Position numbers and translations under genes: made by a program. DNA of 63,845 bases, from contig JBBROH010000003.1 of assembly GCA_038229595.1 (NCBI GenBank), positions 1 to 63,845 of the forward strand, written 5' to 3'. The notes beneath the pieces were generated by a model that worked only from the letters and a program-made list of their open reading frames with translations, was not told the origin of the DNA and did no database searches. Positions 38,437 to 46,333 of the stretch are shown here, piece after piece (the stretch's first letter is position 1; each line of letters starts with the position of its first letter). Source of the DNA: Chloroflexia bacterium (GTDB lineage: Bacteria; Chloroflexota; Chloroflexia; QHBQ01).

Positions 38437-39060
38437 ATGAAGTTGAAGTTCATCGCAGTCACTGCGGTCGCTTTCCTGCTGCTGGGGGCATTCCTGGCTG
38501 GCGGCATCAGCCTGAGCCTCACCAGCGCGAAGACCACCGCCAACCCTAGCGTCGTGCAGTCGAGCCAGCCCAATACTGGCCTCAAGCCTATCGTCCAGAG
38601 CCAGCCGCAGACCAGCGCGACCCAGCCCGTCCCCGCCCAGCCACAAGCTGCCGAGCCGACCGAAGTAGCCGGTACCCCGGAAGCGACTGAGGTCGTAGGC
38701 GCAAACGAGCCAGCCGAAGCCAACGAACCGGCTGGTCAGAGCGAGGCCAGCAAGCCGAACGAACCTGCCGGACAGAGTGAGGCTGCTGAAGCGGCCAGTC
38801 TACAAAGTCAGGCGACCATCACCCAGCAGCAGGCCGAGGCTACGGCTCTTGCTGCCAACCCCGGCACGACAGTAGTCAAGACCCAGCTTGGTGACGAGAA
38901 TGGCACCGTTCTCTACAGCGTCGAACTGTCCAACGGCAACGATGTCAAGGTCAACGCCAAGACTGGCACGATCACCGCTACCGACTCGGCTAGTACCGAA
39001 CAGGCTGGCGACAGCGGCCAGGACAGCCAGAATGCAGGCGACCAGCAGGGTGAACACTAA
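38437..39060 (+). CDS. Exported PepSY-domain protein
   Basis: Signal peptide, acidic NEPAGQSEA repeats, ITQQQAEATAL...LYSVEL...DVKVNAKTGTI. Confidence 0.8.
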   Translation: MKLKFIAVTAVAFLLLGAFLAGGISLSLTSAKTTANPSVVQSSQPNTGLKPIVQSQPQTSATQPVPAQPQAAEPTEVAGTPEATEVVGANEPAEANEPAGQSEASKPNEPAGQSEAAEAASLQSQATITQQQAEATALAANPGTTVVKTQLGDENGTVLYSVELSNGNDVKVNAKTGTITATDSASTEQAGDSGQDSQNAGDQQGEH

Positions 39061-39081
39061 ACCTATTGCTCACTAACCAGC

Positions 39082-39116
39082 GGGGGTGCGTCGGCAACGG
39101 CGCACCTCCTCTTGTT
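39082..39116 (+). terminator. Probable intrinsic terminator
   Basis: GGGGGTGCGTCG / CGGCGCACCTCC stem then TCTTGTT. Confidence 0.5.
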
Positions 39117-39172
39117 GCGTTGCGTAACCAGGGCAGCTAGATTAACATATCATCCTGAGTTATGGCGACGGT

Positions 39173-39204
39173 TTAATGTTGGTTCAATGTTTCGGCTGTA
39201 TAAT
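39173..39204 (+). promoter_or_regulatory. OmpR/PhoP-type box plus -10 for the RR-HK-uppP operon
   Basis: TTAATG-N5-TCAATG-N9-TATAAT. Confidence 0.6.
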
Positions 39205-39228
39205 AGCGCGTGTGGAGGTTTGCTTCTC

Positions 39229-39909
39229 ATGCGTGTTTTGATTGTGGAAGATGACCGTAAGATCAACGAGGCGATGCGCCGCTACCTGACCGAGCAGAGC
39301 TACGCCGTAGATGTCGCCTTCGACGGCAAGGAGGGGTTGGAGACGGCCCGCTGCACCCCTTATGACGTGATCGTACTCGACCTGATGCTGCCGCTGGTGG
39401 ACGGCTTCAGCGTCTGCCGTGAACTGCGCCGCCTGCGGGTTAACACCCCCGTGCTGATGCTAACCGCCCGCGACAGCATAGACGACCGTGTGGATGGCCT
39501 CGACAGTGGGGCGGACGACTACCTGATCAAGCCCTTCGCCCTGCGTGAACTCAGCGCACGCCTCCGCGCCCTGATCCGCCGCCAGATCACCCGCCAGCCG
39601 GAGATCACCGTTGCCGACCTGCTGATCAACACCGCCACCCACCAGGTACGCCGGGCCGGGCGCAAGATCGAACTGAACGGCAAAGAGTACGCAGTGCTTG
39701 AGTATCTGGCCCTCAACAAAGGGCGGATCGTCAGCCGCAGCCTGCTTGAAGAACACGTGTGGAGCTACGACTTCCAGCCTTCATCCAACATCGTAGATGT
39801 CTACATTGCCCGCATCCGCCGTCGCATTGACGACGATCACGCGGTCAAGCTGTTGGAGACGGTGCGCGGGGTCGGCTACCGCCTGCAAGTGCCGGACGAA
39901 ACGCTATGA
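39229..39909 (+). CDS. OmpR-family response regulator
   Basis: MRVLIVEDD, YDVIVLDLMLP, PVLMLTARD, GADDYLIKPF, VDVYIARIRRRI, ETVRGVGY. Confidence 0.95.
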   Translation: MRVLIVEDDRKINEAMRRYLTEQSYAVDVAFDGKEGLETARCTPYDVIVLDLMLPLVDGFSVCRELRRLRVNTPVLMLTARDSIDDRVDGLDSGADDYLIKPFALRELSARLRALIRRQITRQPEITVADLLINTATHQVRRAGRKIELNGKEYAVLEYLALNKGRIVSRSLLEEHVWSYDFQPSSNIVDVYIARIRRRIDDDHAVKLLETVRGVGYRLQVPDETL

Positions 39910-41354
39910 GGCGGCTACGCAGCGTCCGCGTGCGGCTCACCGCCTGGTACACCCTGGCCTTGCTAGTGCTGCTAACCCTGTTTGCCCTGGCGATCTACCT
40001 GCTGGCGCGGGCGCAGCTTTACGACAGCTTCGACCAGAGCTTGCGGACGCGCTTGCAGGAGGTCTCCGCTGCGCTCGATCATGATAGTAGCGAAAACCAT
40101 CTGGCTGTAACCCGCCTCAGCCGCGACGAGAGCATGGTCAACGTCGCGAGCGGCGAACGAGTGCTGCTGTTCGACGGCGCAGGTCGGGTGCTGGATCAGT
40201 TGGGTAAGCCGCTAACCCCCGCCCAGCAAGCCGCGCTGTGGCGAGCAGTCGGTAGTGAAGTGCGGATGCTGTGGCTGGATGGCAGCTTTGATGTGCGGCT
40301 GGCGCGGTCGGCACCGCTGGCTGGCGGGCTGACCGTCGTCGTCGCCCGCCCCGACGACCCGGTAGAGCAGCCGCTGCACAACATTCTGATCGCCTTTGCG
40401 GTTGCGGCCCCACTAGCCCTGCTGCTGGCGGCGATTGGTGGCTACTTCCTGACGGGCCGGGTGTTGCGCCCGGTGGCGGCGATTACCCACGCTGCCCGCG
40501 AGATGAGGGCGCACGACCTCAGCCACCGCCTCGCCCTCGGCCCGGCGCAGGACGAACTGACCGAGCTTGCCAGCACCTTCGACGCGATGCTGGATCGGAT
40601 CGAAGCCGGGGTTGAACGCCAACGCCGCTTCACCGCCGATGCGAGCCACGAGCTACGCACCCCCCTAACCGCGATCACTACCCATGCTGAACTGGCCTTG
40701 AGCGAACCACGCACCGCCGCCGACTACCGGGCTACGCTGACCACGATCCTCGGTGAAGGGCAGCAGATGCAACGGCTAATTGCTGACCTGCTCGACCTGG
40801 CCCGCAGCGATGCCGAGCAGCTTGCCGCTCAAGAGCCAGTTGACCTGCTCGACCTTGCCACCGAAGCTATCGGGCGGCTGTCGGGGCGGGCGGCAGCGGC
40901 TGGGGTGGAGTTGTGGCTGGACGATGGTGGCGTGGAGCGGGCGGTCGTTTGTGGCAGCCCCGGCCCGCTCGGTCGCGTGCTGCTCAACCTGCTCGACAAT
41001 GCGATCAAGTACAGCCCCGCTGGAGGCTGCATCGTCGTGCAACTGGCGACCCCGCCTGCGCCGCCGGTTGCTGAAGTCAACAGCGGCGAAGTACAGCGCA
41101 ACTGCCCGCTGCTGGCGGTCAGTGTACTTGATCAGGGTGCAGGCATCACCGCCGACCACCTGCCCCACCTGTTCGACCGCTTCTACCGGGCTGATGCAGC
41201 AAGAACGCGGGAGGAAAATAGCAGCAGTGGGCTGGGGCTGGCGATCTGCGCGGCCATCGCCCACGCGCACGGAGGCTGGATTGGGGTCAGCAGCCAACCA
41301 CAAGGCAGCCGTTTCACCCTCTACCTGCCGGTTGCAGCAGGTAATTGCAGTTAA
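39906..41354 (+). CDS. Sensor histidine kinase (HAMP-HisKA-HATPase)
   Basis: Two TMs, DASHELRTPL, LNLLDNAIKY, DQGAGI, FDRFYR, GLGLAI. Confidence 0.95.
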   Translation: MRRLRSVRVRLTAWYTLALLVLLTLFALAIYLLARAQLYDSFDQSLRTRLQEVSAALDHDSSENHLAVTRLSRDESMVNVASGERVLLFDGAGRVLDQLGKPLTPAQQAALWRAVGSEVRMLWLDGSFDVRLARSAPLAGGLTVVVARPDDPVEQPLHNILIAFAVAAPLALLLAAIGGYFLTGRVLRPVAAITHAAREMRAHDLSHRLALGPAQDELTELASTFDAMLDRIEAGVERQRRFTADASHELRTPLTAITTHAELALSEPRTAADYRATLTTILGEGQQMQRLIADLLDLARSDAEQLAAQEPVDLLDLATEAIGRLSGRAAAAGVELWLDDGGVERAVVCGSPGPLGRVLLNLLDNAIKYSPAGGCIVVQLATPPAPPVAEVNSGEVQRNCPLLAVSVLDQGAGITADHLPHLFDRFYRADAARTREENSSSGLGLAICAAIAHAHGGWIGVSSQPQGSRFTLYLPVAAGNCS

Positions 41355-41378
41355 CCTAAACCACCAATAGGAGCAAAG

Positions 41379-42305
41379 ATGGAGATTATTCAAGCGATCA
41401 TTCTGGGGCTGGTACAGGGTTTGACCGAGTTCGCCCCGGTCAGCAGTTCGGCTCACCTCGTGATCGTCCCCTGGCTGTTCGGCTGGCAGGACTATGGCCT
41501 CGGCTTCGACGTGGCCCTACACATGGGGACGCTGGTTGCGGTGTTGACCTACTTCTGGCGCGACATCCTGCGCTACGTGCGGGCGATCTTCAGCGGCTTG
41601 CCGCGCTTCAGCAGCCAGCGGCTCGGTTTCGCCACCAACGCGGGGCTAACCAAACCCGCCCCCACGATAGAAGGTGCTGGTGACACGAGGGAGAGCGACC
41701 GCCGCATCGCCTGGCTGCTGCTCCTCGCCACCATCCCCGGCGCGATCTTTGGTGCTATGCTAGAGTCGAAGGTGGACGACTCGTTCCACCAGGGCAACAA
41801 CCTGCGGACATGGGGCATCTACGCGATTGGCGCAGCGATGATCGGCATGGGCCTGGTGCTGGCTCTGGCCGAGCGTCTGCACCGGGGACGGGGCAAGGAG
41901 ATGGAGCAGATGACCTTGCGCGACGGCGTGGTAATCGGCCTCGCCCAGGCGTTTGCGTTGCTCCCAGGCGTGTCGCGCAGCGGGGTGACGATCACCGCCG
42001 GGCTGTTCCGCAACCTGGCCCGGCCCGCCGCCGCCCGCTTCAGCTTCCTGCTCTCGGCTCCGATCATCTTCGGCGCAGGGCTGAAGAAAGCCTACGACCT
42101 GCTCCAAGACCCGGCTGCCGCCAACCCGCAGCACATCTCGGCCATCGCGGTGGCGGCAGGCTTCATCGCGGCGGCGGTCAGCGGCTACCTAGTCATTCGC
42201 TTCCTGCTCGGCTACCTGCAAAAGCAGGACACGATGGTGTTCGTCTACTACCGTCTGGTTGCCGGGCTGGTCATCATCCTGCTGGCTCTGCTCGGCTTGC
42301 GTTGA
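41379..42305 (+). CDS. uppP: Undecaprenyl-diphosphate phosphatase
   Basis: GLVQGLTEFAPVSSSAH, PGVSRSG, AARFSFLL. Confidence 0.93.
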   Translation: MEIIQAIILGLVQGLTEFAPVSSSAHLVIVPWLFGWQDYGLGFDVALHMGTLVAVLTYFWRDILRYVRAIFSGLPRFSSQRLGFATNAGLTKPAPTIEGAGDTRESDRRIAWLLLLATIPGAIFGAMLESKVDDSFHQGNNLRTWGIYAIGAAMIGMGLVLALAERLHRGRGKEMEQMTLRDGVVIGLAQAFALLPGVSRSGVTITAGLFRNLARPAAARFSFLLSAPIIFGAGLKKAYDLLQDPAAANPQHISAIAVAAGFIAAAVSGYLVIRFLLGYLQKQDTMVFVYYRLVAGLVIILLALLGLR

Positions 42306-42396
42306 TACCCAAGTACAACCGCTGGTTGACTATGCTATCCACGGCCAGCTTAGAGCGTGCTACCTATTAGCAAAAGTAGCAACCAGGTGTCACTCC

Positions 42397-42461
42397 TTAA
42401 CATAGTGTTAACCAATATTTAACCATCTGTTAAAGCCCCACCGCTGCGGAACTGCTACACT
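42397..42461 (+). promoter_or_regulatory. Four phased hexamers (Pho-box-like) upstream of the phosphoesterase
   Basis: TTAACA, TTAACC, TTAACC, TTAAAG at 42397, 42408, 42419, 42430 (exact 11-bp period); TACACT at 42456. Confidence 0.6.
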
Positions 42462-42524
42462 GGCAGAGGCAGCCTTGCTGATGCTGCTGCCCGGTTTCGC
42501 TTGAACACAAGAGGAGGATGAAAG

Positions 42525-44081
42525 TTGATAAGCAAGACTCGTATGTTCCTCGTGGCGGCTCTGTTTGCCGCCCTGCTGCTCAGTCAGGTGAGTAGCGTAG
42601 GTTACTCCCAGACCACTGTCCCGGCAGCTAGCCCTGCTGCTGGTAGCCCCACCCCCATCCCCCCGCCGCTGGTGGTGCAGGCGGCCAGCGGCACAGCAAA
42701 GCACGCGCTAGTGCTGTTCCTCGACGGCGGCCACCCAGAACTATACACCCCAGAGAACGCCCCCAACATCAACGCCCTTGCGAAGATTGGCACCAGCTTT
42801 ACAGCAGCGCAGGCCAGCTTCCCCAGCGACTCGATGAGCAACATCCTCGGTACCTTCACCGGAGCGAGCTTCACCGAACAGGGTATCCTCTACGACAGCT
42901 ACTACGACCGCAAGTTGGGGATGCACATTCAGCTTGACGAGTCGGTGTCGCTCCCGGCTGGTGCGAAGCCGACTGATATGGTGTTGGTACCGACGCTGTT
43001 CCAGGCGGCTAAGGCAAAGGGGCTACGGACGGCCTTTATTAGCAAGCACCCGGCCTACTCGATCCTCAACGGCCCAACCGCTGGCGGCCAGGGCATTGAT
43101 GACTTCCAGGGGCCAGAGATCGCCGAATGGAAGGGAACGCAAAGCACCTACGACCAGATGACCTTCGATATACTGCGTGCGCAGATCAAGAGCAGCACCC
43201 CGCCAGACCTGATGGGCCTCTACATCCTTGCTCCCAGCGGGGCGCAGAAGAAAATCGGCCAGGGTATCACCTCGACCGCTACCCTCCAGGCGATCAAGCT
43301 GGAGGACGACGAGATCGGCCAGACCGTGACCGCGCTGCAGGATGCAGGCCTCTACAACGACACCGTGATCATCATCACCGCCGACCACGGCAACACTGCC
43401 ACCCCACGCAACATTCCCGAAGACGGGGCTGGCTCGATTGCCGACTTCCTCACCAGCAACAATATTGCTGTAATCGAAGGCGGTCATGACGACCTCTACA
43501 TGACCTATCTCAAGGACAGCAGCCAGACCCAGGCGGCGGTTAACTTGTTGAGCAAGGCTGAGAACAAGGAGAAGTTCGGGGTTGATCGCATCCTGACCGA
43601 GGCCGACATGAAGACGCTGGGGGCTGCCCCCACCAATCGCACTCCCGACTTCGTGGTGATCCCGACCGAGGGTATCGTCTACTCCAACAAGGCGAAAGCC
43701 GCCGAGCATGGTGGTATCAGCCTGGCCGACCTGAACGTACAGATGATCATCAGCGGCCCCGGTATCAAGCAAGGTGCTGTGGTCAGCGAGCCGGTGAAGG
43801 TGCAGCAGATCGCCCCCACCCTGGCGCAGATGCTCGGCCTCAGCTTGCCGACCGCCTCGTTCAAGCCACTCAGCGCAGCCTTGAGTGGCAACGCACAGGC
43901 AGCAGCCAGCCCGACCACTGGTATGATGATGAGCAGCCCCACCGCCGTCATGGGTGGCAGCAATCCTGGCCTGCCTCGTACTGGCAACGCTGACAGCAGC
44001 CTGCTCTGGCTAGCCCTGCTCGCCCTGGTGTTCAGCAGCCTGGGTCTCAGCGTGCGTCGTAAGGTGCGTGCTAGCCGCTAA
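42525..44081 (+). CDS. Secreted alkaline-phosphatase-superfamily (phosphodiesterase-like) protein, LPXTG-anchored
   Basis: LFLDG, FPSDS, ITADHG, AEHGG, QIAPTLA; LPRTG plus TM and basic tail. Confidence 0.82.
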   Translation: MISKTRMFLVAALFAALLLSQVSSVGYSQTTVPAASPAAGSPTPIPPPLVVQAASGTAKHALVLFLDGGHPELYTPENAPNINALAKIGTSFTAAQASFPSDSMSNILGTFTGASFTEQGILYDSYYDRKLGMHIQLDESVSLPAGAKPTDMVLVPTLFQAAKAKGLRTAFISKHPAYSILNGPTAGGQGIDDFQGPEIAEWKGTQSTYDQMTFDILRAQIKSSTPPDLMGLYILAPSGAQKKIGQGITSTATLQAIKLEDDEIGQTVTALQDAGLYNDTVIIITADHGNTATPRNIPEDGAGSIADFLTSNNIAVIEGGHDDLYMTYLKDSSQTQAAVNLLSKAENKEKFGVDRILTEADMKTLGAAPTNRTPDFVVIPTEGIVYSNKAKAAEHGGISLADLNVQMIISGPGIKQGAVVSEPVKVQQIAPTLAQMLGLSLPTASFKPLSAALSGNAQAAASPTTGMMMSSPTAVMGGSNPGLPRTGNADSSLLWLALLALVFSSLGLSVRRKVRASR

Positions 44082-44180
44082 GCCATTGACCGCTGCTTAA
44101 CCATCTTTATCACACCGCTGCCGGTTCAATCCCCGGCGGCGGTTTTGCTTTTTCTCATTTCATCTTCCCTGCAGCCCAGT

Positions 44181-44212
44181 TTAATGTTCATTCAACCTTT
44201 GTCGGTTATGAT
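44181..44212 (+). promoter_or_regulatory. OmpR/PhoP-type box plus -10 for the lipoprotein-ABC operon
   Basis: TTAATG-N5-TCAACC-N9-TATGAT. Confidence 0.6.
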
Positions 44213-44272
44213 GGTAGCAGACCCACCCTCTGCTGCCTAGCGAGGGCGACAAACCCTAGCAAAGGAGCGAAC

Positions 44273-45001
44273 ATGAACCTTAGACGCAGCAGCCTGAACC
44301 TCGGTCTTGCCCTGCTAGCCACCCTCATCCTCGTAGGCTGCGGCGAAAGCCCGGCTGCCACCAACACGCCAGGCCGCCCCAGCCCCACCCGCATTGCCCC
44401 TAGCGTACCACTTGCGCTCGTTACTGCCAGCAGGCACGCTGATGGCGCAACCAGCCCCACCATCAGCGTGCCTGCTACCAGCACAGCCCGCGAAACCGCG
44501 ATTGGTAGCAGTGAACAGCCGCTCACCCCAGAGCAGAACCCAGCGGGCGACATCCCCGACAACCAGGCCTTCATCACCTACACCGCAAGCAGTGGTGGCT
44601 ACCACCTCGAAGTGCCGGAAGGCTGGGCGCGCACCGAGAATGGCACGGCTGTGGACTTCAACGACAAGCTCAACAGCGTGCGGGTGCAGGTAGCAGCGGC
44701 GGCAACCGCCCCGACTGCCACCAACGCAGCGACGATTACGGATGCGCTGACGAAGGCGGGCCGTGCTGTGCAGGTCGGGTCGGTCAAGGCCGTGCAAACT
44801 TCGGCTGGCCCTGCCCTGCTGGTCGCTTACACGGTCAACTCGGAGCCGAACGCCGTCACTGGCAAGCAGGTGCGGCTGGAAGCCAACAACTACTACTTCT
44901 TCAAGAACGGCAAGCTGGCAACCCTGACTCTTTCCGCACCGCTCGGTGCTGACAACGTGGATCAGTGGCAGCGGATCAGCCAGAGCTTCGGCTGGCAGTA
45001 A
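44273..45001 (+). CDS. Lipoprotein (PsbP/DcrB-like fold candidate)
   Basis: Lipobox LVGC, Pro/Thr linker, YHLEVPEGW...DQWQRISQSF. Confidence 0.7.
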   Translation: MNLRRSSLNLGLALLATLILVGCGESPAATNTPGRPSPTRIAPSVPLALVTASRHADGATSPTISVPATSTARETAIGSSEQPLTPEQNPAGDIPDNQAFITYTASSGGYHLEVPEGWARTENGTAVDFNDKLNSVRVQVAAAATAPTATNAATITDALTKAGRAVQVGSVKAVQTSAGPALLVAYTVNSEPNAVTGKQVRLEANNYYFFKNGKLATLTLSAPLGADNVDQWQRISQSFGWQ

Positions 45002-45012
45002 GGACAGCAACC

Positions 45013-45675
45013 ATGATTGCACTACAGGCACACAACCTCTACCGCTTCTACCATGCGGGCGAGGATGAGACGCTGGCCCTGCGCGGCGTAAGCATCGGTG
45101 TGGCGGCGGGCGAGATCGTGGCGGTGATGGGGCCGAGTGGCAGCGGCAAATCCACCCTGCTCAACTGCCTGGCCGGGCTGGACGAGCCAGACGGCGGCTA
45201 CGTCGAACTGGCAGGCGAACGCCTGAGCCGCCGCCCGGAGGCGGTGCGGGCGGCAATGCGGGCGCGGGGCATAGGGGTGCTGATGCAAAGCAGCAACCTG
45301 CTCGACCACCTGAGCGTGGCCGCTAACCTGCGGCTGCCGATGCTCCTCGCAGGGCGACGCAATGAACGCTGGCTGGCTGAATTGCTGGCCGCCGTCGGGC
45401 TGACCGAACGCGCGCACGCGCTGCCGCGCCAGCTATCCGGCGGCGAGGCGCAGCGGGCGGGGCTGGCGGTTGCGCTAGCCGCCCAGCCGTCGGTACTGCT
45501 GGCCGACGAGCCGACTGGCGAAGTGGATGCGGCAACCGAGGCGTTGATCGTCCGCCTATTGTTCGACCGCCGCCGCGAGGGTAGCGCGATTCTGCTCGTC
45601 ACCCACAGTGAGGCTTTGGCGGTGCAGGCCGACCGCATCGTGCGCTTGCAGGATGGGATGGTTGCCAATGAATAG
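45013..45675 (+). CDS. ABC transporter ATP-binding protein
   Basis: GPSGSGKST, LSGGEAQR, LLADEPTGEVD. Confidence 0.9.
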   Translation: MIALQAHNLYRFYHAGEDETLALRGVSIGVAAGEIVAVMGPSGSGKSTLLNCLAGLDEPDGGYVELAGERLSRRPEAVRAAMRARGIGVLMQSSNLLDHLSVAANLRLPMLLAGRRNERWLAELLAAVGLTERAHALPRQLSGGEAQRAGLAVALAAQPSVLLADEPTGEVDAATEALIVRLLFDRRREGSAILLVTHSEALAVQADRIVRLQDGMVANE

Positions 45676-46333
45676 CACACACCTGCTGGTCGCAGCCGAC
45701 GCGGTAAGCCGCCAGTACGGGCAGGGGTTGAGCGCGGTCGTCGCGGTAAGCACAGCCACCTGCGAAGTCGAGCCGGGAGCGCGGATTGCGCTGGTCGGGC
45801 CGAGCGGCAGCGGCAAATCCACCTTGCTGCAACTACTCGGTGGGCTGGATGTGCCGGACGGTGGACAAATCGCCTGGCCCGCACTGGGCAGCCGCGACGA
45901 ATTGCGGCCCGGCAAAGTCGCCTATGTCTTCCAGACCCCCAGCCTGCTCCCCGCCCTCAGCGTGGTGGAGAACGTCGAACTGCCGCTGCTGCTCGGCAAC
46001 CGCGCCCCGGCCCTGGCCCGCCGTGCCGCCTGCGCGTCCCTTGACCAGCTAGGGCTGACGCACCTGGCCGAGCGTCTGCCGGAGGAGCTATCTGGTGGGC
46101 AGGCCCAGAGAGTAGCGGTCGCTCGCGCGTTGGTCGCCAAGCCGCGCTTGATCCTGGCCGACGAACCGACCGGCCAACTCGATCACGCCACCGCTGCACA
46201 GCTACTTGACAGCTTGTTGGCGGCTCTAGTAGGTACCGACACCGCCTTGCTAATTGCCACCCATGACCGGGCAGTGGCCGGGCGGATGGAGCGAAGCTGG
46301 CAAATGCAGCATGGCATTTTGGAGGTAAGCTGA
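45668..46333 (+). CDS. ABC transporter ATP-binding protein (second)
   Basis: GPSGSGKST, LSGGQAQR, ILADEPTGQLD. Confidence 0.9.
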   Translation: MNSTHLLVAADAVSRQYGQGLSAVVAVSTATCEVEPGARIALVGPSGSGKSTLLQLLGGLDVPDGGQIAWPALGSRDELRPGKVAYVFQTPSLLPALSVVENVELPLLLGNRAPALARRAACASLDQLGLTHLAERLPEELSGGQAQRVAVARALVAKPRLILADEPTGQLDHATAAQLLDSLLAALVGTDTALLIATHDRAVAGRMERSWQMQHGILEVS

